A stretch of 64,000 bases of DNA from an uncultured Parachlamydiaceae bacterium (GTDB lineage Bacteria; Chlamydiota; Chlamydiia; Chlamydiales; Parachlamydiaceae), in assembly GCA_963742415.1 (NCBI GenBank), contig CAVULX010000003.1, positions 192,001 through 256,000 on the forward strand, written 5' to 3'. The position numbers and the translations under genes are program-made. The notes beneath the pieces are model-generated. The model worked only from the letters and a program-made list of their open reading frames with translations, ran no database searches and was not told the DNA's origin. The stretch's first letter is position 1. Each line of letters opens with the position of its first letter. Below, in pieces: positions 51,892 through 61,398 of the stretch.

Positions 51892-52563
51892 TCTCTATCT
51901 ACAAAAATAGAATTTTATGGCGTCCTTACAGGACTCTGTTTTTTTTTCCATTTTACCCAGGCCTTCGCTTCGCTACGACCTGGGCTATAACATTTCGGCC
52001 TTTCAGGCCGTTTTCAGCGCCGAAGGCGCGGAATATCATAGCCCAAGTCGTAGCGAAGCGAAAGCCTGGGCTATAACATTTCGGCCTTTCAGGCCGTTTC
52101 CAGCGCCGAAGGCGCGGAATATCATAGCCCAAGTCGTAGCGAAGCGAAAGCCTGGGCTATAACATTTCGGCCTTTCAGGCCGTTTCCAGCGCCGAAGGCG
52201 CGGAATATCATAGCCCAAGTCGTAGCGAAGCGAAGGCCTGGGCTATAACATTTCGGCCTTTCAGGCTGTTTCCAGCGCCGAAGGCGCGGAATATCATAGC
52301 CCAAGTCGTAGCGAAGCGAAAGCCTGGGCTATAACATTTCGGCCTTTCAGGCCGTTTTCAGTGCCGAAGGCGCGGAATATCATAGCCCAAGTCGTAGCGA
52401 AGCGAAAGCCTGGGCTATAACATTTCGGCCTTTCAGACCGTTTCCAGCGCCGAAGGCGCGGAATATCATAGCCCAGGTCGTAGCGAAGCGAAGGCCTGGG
52501 TAAAATGGAAAAAAAACAGAGTCCTGTAAGGACGCCATAAAATTCTATTTTTGTAGATAGAGA
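51892..52563. repeat. REP/BIME-like element: ~96-bp terminal inverted repeats enclosing six 86-bp GC-rich tandem units
   Basis: Units start at 51979, 52065, 52151, 52237, 52323 and 52409. Inverted repeats at 51892-51988 and 52468-52563. Confidence 0.92.
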
Positions 52564-52584
52564 TGTTAAATCAGCACCGACTAC

Positions 52585-53394
52585 TTAGACTTTCAATACA
52601 GGGGCCATGATAGGCATTCCTAGGAAGTCGGAGCCGATCGACTGGAATTTTTCGGGGTCATCCGAGACAAAAAAGCGGTGGATGGGAGCCGCATTATTGA
52701 AAGTGTGAAGCTTAAGATCTATCAAAATCTTCTTTACAGCTTTGGCACATGTGGAAGCTGAATCTACAATCGCGATATCCTCCCCCATCTCTTCCTGAAT
52801 TAAATTTTTTAGCAGGGGATAATGGGTGCATCCCAGCAAAATCGTATCGACTTGTTTGTCTTTTACTGGCTTTAGATACTCTTTGACGACAAGTTTCGCA
52901 GCCGGGTGATGCATGAGTTTTTCCTCAACAAAAGGGACAAACAGTGGGCAAGGAAAAGCGTAGACCTCTGCCTCAGGCATTTTTTTTGCAATTTCCTTTT
53001 GATAAGCTCCCGAATTTACCGTCCCTCGAGTAGCTAAAACGGCAATTTTTCCATTTTTAGTAACCTTTGTTGCCTGGTCTGCGCCAGGTTCAATGACTCC
53101 AATAATAGGAATGTGAAATATGTCCTTTAATTTATCTAACGAATGGGCCGAGGCCGTATTACAAGCGACGATTAACAATTTAATGCTATTCTTAATCAAG
53201 AAAGCGGTGTTTTCCACAGAAAAGCGGATCACAGCCTCGCGGCTTTTTTCACCGTAAGGGATGCGAGCTGTATCGGCAAAATAGACAATATTTTCGTTAG
53301 GAATTTGCCGGATCACTTCTTGCATGACCGTTAGGCCGCCGACCCCTGAATCAAACATTCCAATGGCATGATTTTGTTTTTCCTGCAAAGCCAT
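52585..53394 (-). CDS. murI: Glutamate racemase
   Basis: IGMFDSGVGGLTV, PYGEKS, VACNTAS and LLGCTHYP. Confidence 0.97.
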   Translation of the reverse strand: MALQEKQNHAIGMFDSGVGGLTVMQEVIRQIPNENIVYFADTARIPYGEKSREAVIRFSVENTAFLIKNSIKLLIVACNTASAHSLDKLKDIFHIPIIGVIEPGADQATKVTKNGKIAVLATRGTVNSGAYQKEIAKKMPEAEVYAFPCPLFVPFVEEKLMHHPAAKLVVKEYLKPVKDKQVDTILLGCTHYPLLKNLIQEEMGEDIAIVDSASTCAKAVKKILIDLKLHTFNNAAPIHRFFVSDDPEKFQSIGSDFLGMPIMAPVLKV

Positions 53395-53396
53395 TC

Positions 53397-54119
53397 TTAT
53401 TCCGGCAGGTAAAGTTTTTGACCGATGATAATTTGATCGTTAATGAGATTGTTTATCTCTTTCAGCTTTTTGATGGACGTTCCATTTTGTTTGGCGATTT
53501 TTTCTAGGCTATCCCCTGATTTTACCTGGTAGGTCTTAACAGTGTCTTGAGAGGCTGCATCAGAAATCCCTTTAAACTCTTTATTTTGCAATATTTCCGT
53601 GACGTGTTTGAGAGCCTTTTGAATATTCTCAATGTTGCGATTTTGCAATTCAATGGTTTTTTCGAGATCAGCAATCCGCTTTTTGTACTCTGACAAAGCA
53701 TTGAATGAATCCGCGGTATGTTCTTTTAAGTGTGTTGCAATCTCTTTCGAAAAATTTTCGTTGTTGGCATACTTTGATTCGATTGTATTCGTTTGGGCTC
53801 GTAATGTGTCTCTGATGGTCTTGAGGGTGTTGTTGACTTGCTCCCTCAAAGAATCGATGATCTCTTCTTCTGTTTTGAATTTCTCTTCAAATACCCGTAA
53901 TTCAATTTCATGGTTATTCACTTTACTGCGTAGATCTGTAAGGGAATCTAAAATATCTTGCTGAAGATTGCTAGAGTCCGCCTCATAACTTGAACGGTTA
54001 CGCACAGATGCAGCATCAGCAACAGATGAAGAAAAAAATAAAAATATAAGTGTGAGCACGAAGATGGGTTGAAACCATCTTCGTGAGAGTCGTGTAAAAA
54101 TGTGATATGTCAAATGCAT
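53397..54119 (-). CDS. Coiled-coil LysM peptidoglycan-binding protein
   Basis: Signal-like N-terminus, coiled-coil and YQVKSGDSLEKIAK...IIGQKLYLP. Confidence 0.88.
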   Translation of the reverse strand: MHLTYHIFTRLSRRWFQPIFVLTLIFLFFSSSVADAASVRNRSSYEADSSNLQQDILDSLTDLRSKVNNHEIELRVFEEKFKTEEEIIDSLREQVNNTLKTIRDTLRAQTNTIESKYANNENFSKEIATHLKEHTADSFNALSEYKKRIADLEKTIELQNRNIENIQKALKHVTEILQNKEFKGISDAASQDTVKTYQVKSGDSLEKIAKQNGTSIKKLKEINNLINDQIIIGQKLYLPE

Positions 54120-54130
54120 CGATTCCAGGC

Positions 54131-54844
54131 CTAGTAGGGATTATAAATTTTAAATTCAGCACGGCGGTTTCTCGACCAGGCTTCTTCATGGTGGTCTAAT
54201 ACTAAAGGACGTTCTTTACCATAAGAGATCGTAAAGACATTATTGGGATTCACCCCAGCATTGACGAGAAGTTCTCTGACTGCATTGGCTCGGCGAGATC
54301 CCAATGATAGATTATAAGCTTCCGGCCCCCGTTCATCGCAATGCCCTTCAATAAAAATATAAGTATAAGGATGTTGACGCAAGTAAACTGAAACATTGTG
54401 AAGTGTTTCCATGTTTTCATCCCCTTTTACAAGATATTGATTGTAGTCGAAGGAGATACTTTTAAAAATCCCTGCGAGTTGAGGATGAGTGCTAGGATCT
54501 TGAAATGCTTCAATCCCTGGAACGGAACTGCCTGGATCACCGGGGGTTTCTCTGGGAGGCGGGGCTGACATCATATCCATCCCAATTCCTTCTCTAGAGC
54601 TGTCCTGCAAGGGGATAAAATCTTCCCCAGCATAACAATCTTGATCTATCGAATAAAATTCGTCACGGGAACACACAGCTCTGGAGTCCCCCCGTTTTCC
54701 GCTTAAGGTGCGCAATCCCCGTTTCATATGCCTGCTGCACGACTTGGTATCGTCCCACACATCGTCGGAAGACCGGCAGCAGCCTGCTAAAGCCGCGCAA
54801 ATGACGGCCACATTTATTAACAGCGAAAGTTTTGTTATTTTCAT
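54131..54844 (-). CDS. pal: Peptidoglycan-associated lipoprotein
   Basis: Lipobox LAGC, IEGHCDERG, YNLSLGSRRANAV, SYGKERP and NRRAEF. Confidence 0.93.
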   Translation of the reverse strand: MKITKLSLLINVAVICAALAGCCRSSDDVWDDTKSCSRHMKRGLRTLSGKRGDSRAVCSRDEFYSIDQDCYAGEDFIPLQDSSREGIGMDMMSAPPPRETPGDPGSSVPGIEAFQDPSTHPQLAGIFKSISFDYNQYLVKGDENMETLHNVSVYLRQHPYTYIFIEGHCDERGPEAYNLSLGSRRANAVRELLVNAGVNPNNVFTISYGKERPLVLDHHEEAWSRNRRAEFKIYNPY

Positions 54845-54870
54845 ATGAGCCTCGATCTCTTAGTTTTGAA

Positions 54871-56250
54871 TTATCTATTTACCATAAATTTGGGTTCCCA
54901 ATCGGGATAATGTTTTTCACCGGGTCCGCTTGTAATTTTTACTGCTTTCGGTTGATTTAGGTTAATAAGGTATAATTCACTTTCTCGACTATCGGTTGAA
55001 TTGAAAATTAAATGCAAGCTATTAGGAGCCCAGGCGGGGTTTTCCTTATTTCCGGGACCTTGTGTGATTTGCCGTTCTTCCCTTTTAGAGAAGTCGTACA
55101 GCCATATCTGCCTTGTCCCATTGGTAAGGGTGCAATAGGCGAGTTTAGAACCATCGGGAGACCAGGCGGGCGCCGAGCTTTCCCTAGATTGCTTAGAGAT
55201 CAGCCTGGGGGCGAGATCCACCAGATTTGCTCCAGGCCCTGGAATCTCCATCACGTAAATGCGGGCATAGCCATCTTTGTTCGATACAAAAGCAATTTGC
55301 CTCCCATCCTGACTAAAAGCAGGGGATCCTTGAGCTGCAGAGCGGGAAGCAAATATCTGCTGCGGTTTTCCTAAGGCGCCCGCATCTGGGTTGAAATATT
55401 GGATAAAAAGATCTGGGTTCCCTGTGACATCGCTAATGAAGGCGATTTTATCCCGTTGTCTTGAAATGGCAGGCATTAACTGGTTGCCGCGCATGTAGGA
55501 AAATCTTTGCCCTGTCCCATCCTGAAGGGAAGCATAATAGATTTTAGGCTGCCCGTTGAGATAGGAAACATAAAAAAAAGATCCGCTTGCATATCCACTT
55601 TTAGGCGGCACATAAGCTGGGGTGACGCAATATCCCCCTTCTTGAGTGACCCGGCGGGGATTTCCCCCATCATAATCAGCCTCCCAGACATCGGAAACCC
55701 AAACCCCTTTGTCATTTTTTGTTTTTAACGTAAATAGCACATGTGTGGTCGCGATCCCTTCGGTGCCAAAAAGGGCTTGATGGATCTGATCGGCCAGTTG
55801 ATGGATCGTTTGCCTATCCAGCTCTAGATGGCCTGTTAAAGGGAGGTTGTCGACTGCGTTCAAGGTGTTGGGTATTGTCGCTAAAAGGCGTGCGGACAGC
55901 TTTTTTTCTTTCAATTTAATCATCACAACATAATGGACATTGAGCGCTTTCCACTGAACCCCTGGTGTAGGAGCATCGAAGGCCTCTTTTTTAGCCAAGG
56001 CATCTCTCGGACTACTATGCTTAACCAAAAAAGTCATCCCATTGTTATTTAGGTCAAACTGCAGAACTTTTTCCAACTTATTAATATAGGCTTGATCAAA
56101 TCCTGAATTTTCATTGATAAAAGTCCCTAAATAGAGGGGCAGCAGCGAAACATCGGTGTCGAGCTTAACAATGATCTCCTCCTCATGGCAAAAAGCCAAG
56201 GATTGGACAGTCAAAATCAATAGGAATGTAAGTTTTATCAATCTTTGCAT
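54871..56250 (-). CDS. tolB: Tol-Pal beta-propeller protein TolB
   Basis: ADYDG and PD40 repeats (SPAFSQDG, PAWSPDG, PAWAPNS); located in the tol-pal cluster. Confidence 0.92.
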   Translation of the reverse strand: MQRLIKLTFLLILTVQSLAFCHEEEIIVKLDTDVSLLPLYLGTFINENSGFDQAYINKLEKVLQFDLNNNGMTFLVKHSSPRDALAKKEAFDAPTPGVQWKALNVHYVVMIKLKEKKLSARLLATIPNTLNAVDNLPLTGHLELDRQTIHQLADQIHQALFGTEGIATTHVLFTLKTKNDKGVWVSDVWEADYDGGNPRRVTQEGGYCVTPAYVPPKSGYASGSFFYVSYLNGQPKIYYASLQDGTGQRFSYMRGNQLMPAISRQRDKIAFISDVTGNPDLFIQYFNPDAGALGKPQQIFASRSAAQGSPAFSQDGRQIAFVSNKDGYARIYVMEIPGPGANLVDLAPRLISKQSRESSAPAWSPDGSKLAYCTLTNGTRQIWLYDFSKREERQITQGPGNKENPAWAPNSLHLIFNSTDSRESELYLINLNQPKAVKITSGPGEKHYPDWEPKFMVNR

Positions 56251-56269
56251 ATTCTGGCGACGCGTTAAC

Positions 56270-57058
56270 TTAAAAATCATGGCTAAGGGTAATGGAGAAA
56301 CTCCTTTCAGCTATGCCTGGAAAGTTGGATCCAAAAGGGGGAAAGCTCAACTGGGGTAATGCGCTTTCGACATATTTCTTATTTATTTCGCTTACAGCAT
56401 TGACCACCACGAGCCTAACAAACCGGCCCGAACGTTCCAGCGTTAACTTGATTTTTACTTCTCCATATTCAGGCAAACGGAGCAACAGCTTTAAGCGGCC
56501 AGCAAGTTCGTCATGATAGTGTTGTTCTTCAGAAGTCGTTCTTCCCGATTCTTCCGAAGAAAAAGCCGATGGGGCTCTCATTTCTGGAATCTTCAATTCC
56601 TGTTGCTTCAAAAGTTGACCTGCCCCATTGTTATCGCTCGTTAGCTGAATTTTTGCAATGCTTTCTTGCGCTTTTGCCAAAAGTGCTTGTCGTTCAGTTT
56701 TCTTAGCTTCATTTTTGACAACTATTTCTTTCTTTTTACTGATGTTTTTTTTGACCGCCTCTTTTTTTACAACTTTTTTTTGACTTTTTTTTGCGCTTGG
56801 CTTGGGAGGAGAAACCTCTAAGATTGGAACAGGAGTTAGAACGACTGACTGGGGAGCCTCTTTAACAACCGTGTTTTCAACTTTAGGTTCTTTCAGGGAA
56901 ATTGTTTTTACGGCTAGTTTTATTTGGGTGGAGGGCTTGCTTCTCTGTTCGCTCAAGCGGCCCAATTGATAGAGAATTAGCAGATGCAGGGTGATGACCA
57001 CCAAGGCAATGGATATCAACTGTCTATTTTGAATAGCAATAGATTGTATATAAAACAC
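56270..57058 (-). CDS. tolA: TolA/TonB-like protein
   Basis: N-terminal transmembrane segment with His, Lys/Pro-rich linker, TonB-C-like end; lies between tolR and tolB. Confidence 0.65.
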   Translation of the reverse strand: MFYIQSIAIQNRQLISIALVVITLHLLILYQLGRLSEQRSKPSTQIKLAVKTISLKEPKVENTVVKEAPQSVVLTPVPILEVSPPKPSAKKSQKKVVKKEAVKKNISKKKEIVVKNEAKKTERQALLAKAQESIAKIQLTSDNNGAGQLLKQQELKIPEMRAPSAFSSEESGRTTSEEQHYHDELAGRLKLLLRLPEYGEVKIKLTLERSGRFVRLVVVNAVSEINKKYVESALPQLSFPPFGSNFPGIAERSFSITLSHDF

Positions 57059-57069
57059 TCAAAGCTCTG

Positions 57070-57498
57070 TTATGATGGTTTTAAAATAATATCCATCTCA
57101 CTGAAGCCAACCTGTTCGGCAGTATTTTTGATGGCTTGATAGGTCCCAAAAAAAGCCCGTTTATCATGAAAAAGCTGCAGGCGCGCTGTGGGATATTTTT
57201 TTTTGGCTTCTGCAAGGAGGAGAGGCAGTTTTCCAAGTTCGACTTTTTTGCCGTTAAACGTGATCACGTTATCTTTATGCACATGGATGGACAAGGGGCT
57301 AGCCTCACGGGCTTCAATGCTCCCGCTCTGTTCAGTTCCGGCATCTGCCAACTCGACCCGATCCAACTCAAGCAAAGGGGCTACCAAAATGAACATGATC
57401 AAAATGACAAACACAACATCGATCAAAGGGGTCAGGTTAACTACAGGTTCCTCAGTGTCCTTACTCTTAAAACGATTTCCTTTGATAATCCTTGACAT
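57070..57498 (-). CDS. tolR: ExbD/TolR family protein
   Basis: VNLTPLIDVVFVILIMFILVAP. Confidence 0.88.
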   Translation of the reverse strand: MSRIIKGNRFKSKDTEEPVVNLTPLIDVVFVILIMFILVAPLLELDRVELADAGTEQSGSIEAREASPLSIHVHKDNVITFNGKKVELGKLPLLLAEAKKKYPTARLQLFHDKRAFFGTYQAIKNTAEQVGFSEMDIILKPS

Positions 57499-57510
57499 GC
57501 CTCCCTACCA

Positions 57511-58263
57511 TCACTCCACATTAACTTTTCGGTATTGCATCTCAACGGCCGTTAAAAGGTCGGTAGAAAACCCCTCCATATCGGTTTCGAAATCCCGGAT
57601 GACATTTTTTAAATAATTGTATCCTATTAAAGCTGGAATTGCATCAAGCAATCCCAAAACCGTTGTGGCCAAAGCTAGCGAAAGGCCGCTAAGCACCATT
57701 TGATTCGTGCTTCCTCCGGTCGAAGCCTGGATTTCTGAAAATGTGGTCAATATCCCCCAAACTGTACCCAGCAAACCCAGAAATGGACCCAAGGTTACAA
57801 TGGTCGCTAAAATAAAAAGATATTTTTCCAAATGGCTTATTTGAAATGAGATCGTTGAACTGAGGTGAGCCTGAACAATCTCAACGTCAGAGGGTGACAG
57901 ATAAGCAATTATATTCTCGCTGCCGCTCCTATCTGATTGGGTCATCCCGAAGATCCGGTTTTTATTTAAAATTTCCACTGTGTTCTTTTTTAATGTTTGA
58001 TACAAATGGAAGAACGGATTGGATTGAACTTCGATTTGGGACGCTTCGATGTTTAAAGGGTTTTGTTTGGATGTCTGAAAAATTTTATTGAACTTCTTGG
58101 CATTTTTGCGCACTTTGGCTGTTAGCAAACATTTATAAATCACTAATATCCAAGTACATATAGATAAAAAAAACAAACCGATAAAAATGCATTTTCCGAG
58201 AAAATCTGAATGAAAATATGCCTCTAAGAAAGGGTTTACCGCAAAAAATATCTTTACATTCAT
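57511..58263 (-). CDS. tolQ: MotA/TolQ/ExbB family protein
   Basis: LATIVTLGPFLGLLGTVWGI, ALATTVLGL and AIPA. Confidence 0.9.
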   Translation of the reverse strand: MNVKIFFAVNPFLEAYFHSDFLGKCIFIGLFFLSICTWILVIYKCLLTAKVRKNAKKFNKIFQTSKQNPLNIEASQIEVQSNPFFHLYQTLKKNTVEILNKNRIFGMTQSDRSGSENIIAYLSPSDVEIVQAHLSSTISFQISHLEKYLFILATIVTLGPFLGLLGTVWGILTTFSEIQASTGGSTNQMVLSGLSLALATTVLGLLDAIPALIGYNYLKNVIRDFETDMEGFSTDLLTAVEMQYRKVNVE

Positions 58264-58354
58264 GTATATTTCCTGTATAATAAATAGGAATTTTTAGACA
58301 TACTCTCTTGTTCTTTTTTAATGAACAGATTATGCTAGCCGGAGAGGAAAAATC

Positions 58355-60616
58355 TTGAAAGAGAAAAAAATAAACTATTTCGTTCTTTTTGTTTTTTGGG
58401 TCTATCTGTCGTCTGCCTTGTTTTTGCATGCAGGCGATGAAAAGCTATCCCCTTCTATGGGGACCTTTAACTCCTCTGGGGTAGAAGATCCTATCCAAAT
58501 CGATCTCATTGCTGAAGAAGAAGCGATTCAACCAGGTCGCCCTTTTTGGGTGGCGATCCATTTTCAATTAGAGAAAGGGTGGCATGCTTACTGGAAAAAT
58601 CCGGGAGATGCGGGAATGACTTCAGCCATTGATTGGGTTCTGCCAAAGGGGTTTACTGCCTCCGCAACGCAATGGCCCTATCCCCAGAAGTTCAACCAAG
58701 ATTCGATGATCACTTTTGGTTATGAAGATGAAGTTTGGCTCTTAACTCGGATTACCCCGCCCGCAACCCTTGATCAAAATACTCCGGTGAAAATTGGGGC
58801 TGACATAGACTGGCTCGTTTGTTCCGATACAACCTGTTTGCCGGGAATAAAAGCGGTCTCGATGCAAATCCCGGTGACCTCATCAAAGCCCCGCCTGCGA
58901 AAAGAGTGGGAATCCGCCTTTTCACAAGCCAGGGAGAAACTTCCAAAAAAACAATGGAATCTTAAAGCCTACCGTTCAAATGGCTTGATCGAATTGCGTC
59001 TGCAAGCTCCTGTCCATCACTTGACAACCTATACAGCAGCCGAATTTTTCCCTGAACATAAAGGGATTGACGTGAAAGGCAGCGCAACCTTACTGACGAA
59101 AGAAAACCGCCCCGGAGCCTATGTTTTAGCTCTAAAAGAGGATGATAGTGATGAAAAAACCCCTTTCTTAAGAGGGGTCGTCGTTTTGCAAAATGATGCT
59201 TCATTAACTGAAGCTATCGATATAAACCTTCCGCTTGTTGATCGGAGCCAAGAAGAGGAGATCTCTTTTGCTGACTCCAAAAATGAACCAGCTATTAAAT
59301 CTCCTCAATTGGATGTGCAGATCACCCAAACTTCAGCAGAAGATCAAATCGGTTTTGTCTGGGCGTTACTCTTCGCGTTTATCGGCGGAATGATCCTCAA
59401 CTTGATGCCTTGTGTTCTTCCTGTCATGTCCGTGAAAGTCTTGAGCTTTGTTAAACTGGCCAGCGAAAACCGTTCGACGACGCTTAAGCATGGCGCCGCT
59501 TTCACCTTTGGAGTGCTTCTTTCTTTCTGGGTTTTAGCAGGGCTGCTGCTCATTTTGCAAGCCTATGGAAATAGTGTGGGGTGGGGATTCCAATTGCAAG
59601 AGCCTCTGTTTGTGGCTGCCTTAGCTGCATTATTGCTTATTTTTAGCTTGAGCCTTTTTGGTGTTTTCGAAATAGGCGCCTCTGTGACGGCTTATGCCGG
59701 CCAAGCCAACATGCGTCAAAAAACCGGCCTTATCGCCTCCTTTTTAAGCGGTGTTTTAGCTACCGCTGTAGCAACTCCATGCACAGGCCCTTTTCTTGGA
59801 ACTGCGATCGGCTTCGCTGTCACACTTTCCCCTCTCCCTGCCCTTTTAATCTTTACTTCATTGGGGCTGGGAATGGCATTCCCTTATTTGCTGCTTGCAG
59901 CTTTCCCCCGATTGCTCCGTTTTATGCCCAAACCTGGGGCCTGGATGGAAACCTTTAAAGAGGTGATGGGCTTCCTCATGCTAGCCACCGTCCTATGGCT
60001 TATATGGGTCTTTGGAGCTCAGACAAATACCTTAGGTGTCGCTTTGTTGCTCGCCGGATTTTTCTTCTTGTCAATAGGATGTTGGATTTTGGGCAAATGG
60101 GGAACTCCGATACAATCAAAAACCGTGCGCGCCATCGGCTATCTATTTGCTGCCCTTTGGTTTGGAGCAGGAAGCTATATCATTGTAAACTCAACGGCTG
60201 CTTGGGTGATCGCTTATGATGTCCCTCAAGCTAACCAGACCGTTACAGCAGATGCTTGGGAGCCTTTTTCAGCGGAACGGGTGGCGGACCTCCAAAAAAA
60301 AGGAATTCCTGTATTCGTTGATTTTACTGCCAAATGGTGTTTGATTTGTCAAGCCAACCATTTAGTTCTAGTGAGTGACGCTGTCGCTACCAAATTTGAC
60401 GCGTTAGGGGTTGTGAGGATGAAAGCCGACTGGACCCGCAAGGATGGAAAAATAACAGAAGCTTTGCGCCAATTCGGCCGCAATGGAGTGCCTTTGTATG
60501 TCTTGTACGGGGCTAATTCAGAGACGGCCGCTATCCTCCCCCAAGTTTTGACTCCTGAAAATGTTTTAGAACATTTGAATAAGCTGGAAAGACAAATCGC
60601 CGAGTCTAAGCGATGA
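58355..60616 (+). CDS. dsbD: Thiol:disulfide interchange protein DsbD
   Basis: GWHAYWKNPGDAG, LNLMPCVLP, ATPCTGPF and DFTAKWCLICQ. Confidence 0.92.
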   Translation: MKEKKINYFVLFVFWVYLSSALFLHAGDEKLSPSMGTFNSSGVEDPIQIDLIAEEEAIQPGRPFWVAIHFQLEKGWHAYWKNPGDAGMTSAIDWVLPKGFTASATQWPYPQKFNQDSMITFGYEDEVWLLTRITPPATLDQNTPVKIGADIDWLVCSDTTCLPGIKAVSMQIPVTSSKPRLRKEWESAFSQAREKLPKKQWNLKAYRSNGLIELRLQAPVHHLTTYTAAEFFPEHKGIDVKGSATLLTKENRPGAYVLALKEDDSDEKTPFLRGVVVLQNDASLTEAIDINLPLVDRSQEEEISFADSKNEPAIKSPQLDVQITQTSAEDQIGFVWALLFAFIGGMILNLMPCVLPVMSVKVLSFVKLASENRSTTLKHGAAFTFGVLLSFWVLAGLLLILQAYGNSVGWGFQLQEPLFVAALAALLLIFSLSLFGVFEIGASVTAYAGQANMRQKTGLIASFLSGVLATAVATPCTGPFLGTAIGFAVTLSPLPALLIFTSLGLGMAFPYLLLAAFPRLLRFMPKPGAWMETFKEVMGFLMLATVLWLIWVFGAQTNTLGVALLLAGFFFLSIGCWILGKWGTPIQSKTVRAIGYLFAALWFGAGSYIIVNSTAAWVIAYDVPQANQTVTADAWEPFSAERVADLQKKGIPVFVDFTAKWCLICQANHLVLVSDAVATKFDALGVVRMKADWTRKDGKITEALRQFGRNGVPLYVLYGANSETAAILPQVLTPENVLEHLNKLERQIAESKR

Positions 60617-61398
60617 ACGGAAAGTTCTTCGATTCACATGCCCATTTAACATCCGAATCGGTTTATCCTGAAGTTGACAGAATTCTAGAACGCGCCCAAG
60701 CGGCAGGGGTTGAATCTATTGTAAATATATGTACAGACCACGCTTCTTTGGAAAAAGGGCTTGAGCTTGCCCGCCATTATCCATGGGTTGTCAATGCAGG
60801 GGCTACTACGCCCCACGATGTCGATGCAGAAGGGGAAACGATGTTTCCTGAATTTGCAAAATGTGCAAAGGAAGGAGCGTTTGTAGCTGTTGGAGAAACT
60901 GGGTTGGATTATCATTACACCCATTCTCGGCCTGAAACACAAAAATATTTTTTGCAGCAGTACCTTCACCTCGCCTTAGAATGCACGCTGCCCGTCATCA
61001 TCCATTGCAGGGAAGCTTTTTCCGACCTTTTTCAAATTTTAGATGAAAATTATGTGATTGATGGAAAACATGCGCCGGGGGTTTTACATTGTTTTACAGG
61101 AACAGTTGAGGAAGCTCAGCAAGTGGTGGAGCGGGGTTGGTATTTATCTTTGAGTGGAATTGTCACTTTCAAAAAAAGCACAGAGCTAAGGGAAGTGGCC
61201 AAATTTGTTCCTCTTGGCCAATTGCTAATTGAGACCGATACCCCTTATTTGGCTCCTCAAAGCCACCGTGGAAAGCCCAACGAGCCATCTTATCTGTCAG
61301 AAATTGCCGAAATAATCGCGCAGGTTAAAGGATTGCCCGTTGAGGATGTTGCTAAGGCCTCATCTTATAATGCCCGCCGCTTGTTCCGTGTGCAGTAG
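60613..61398 (+). CDS. tatD: TatD family DNase
   Basis: DSHAHL, VGETGLDY, IIHCREA, VLHCFTG and ETDTPYLAP. Confidence 0.95.
   Translation: MNGKFFDSHAHLTSESVYPEVDRILERAQAAGVESIVNICTDHASLEKGLELARHYPWVVNAGATTPHDVDAEGETMFPEFAKCAKEGAFVAVGETGLDYHYTHSRPETQKYFLQQYLHLALECTLPVIIHCREAFSDLFQILDENYVIDGKHAPGVLHCFTGTVEEAQQVVERGWYLSLSGIVTFKKSTELREVAKFVPLGQLLIETDTPYLAPQSHRGKPNEPSYLSEIAEIIAQVKGLPVEDVAKASSYNARRLFRVQ

Noticed and set aside
51917-52304. Short ORFs within the tandem array
   Set aside because: By-products of the repeat; the 86-bp unit is not a multiple of 3.
51979-52494. CRISPR array
   Set aside because: Units are near-identical along their whole length with no unique spacers, and no cas genes are present.
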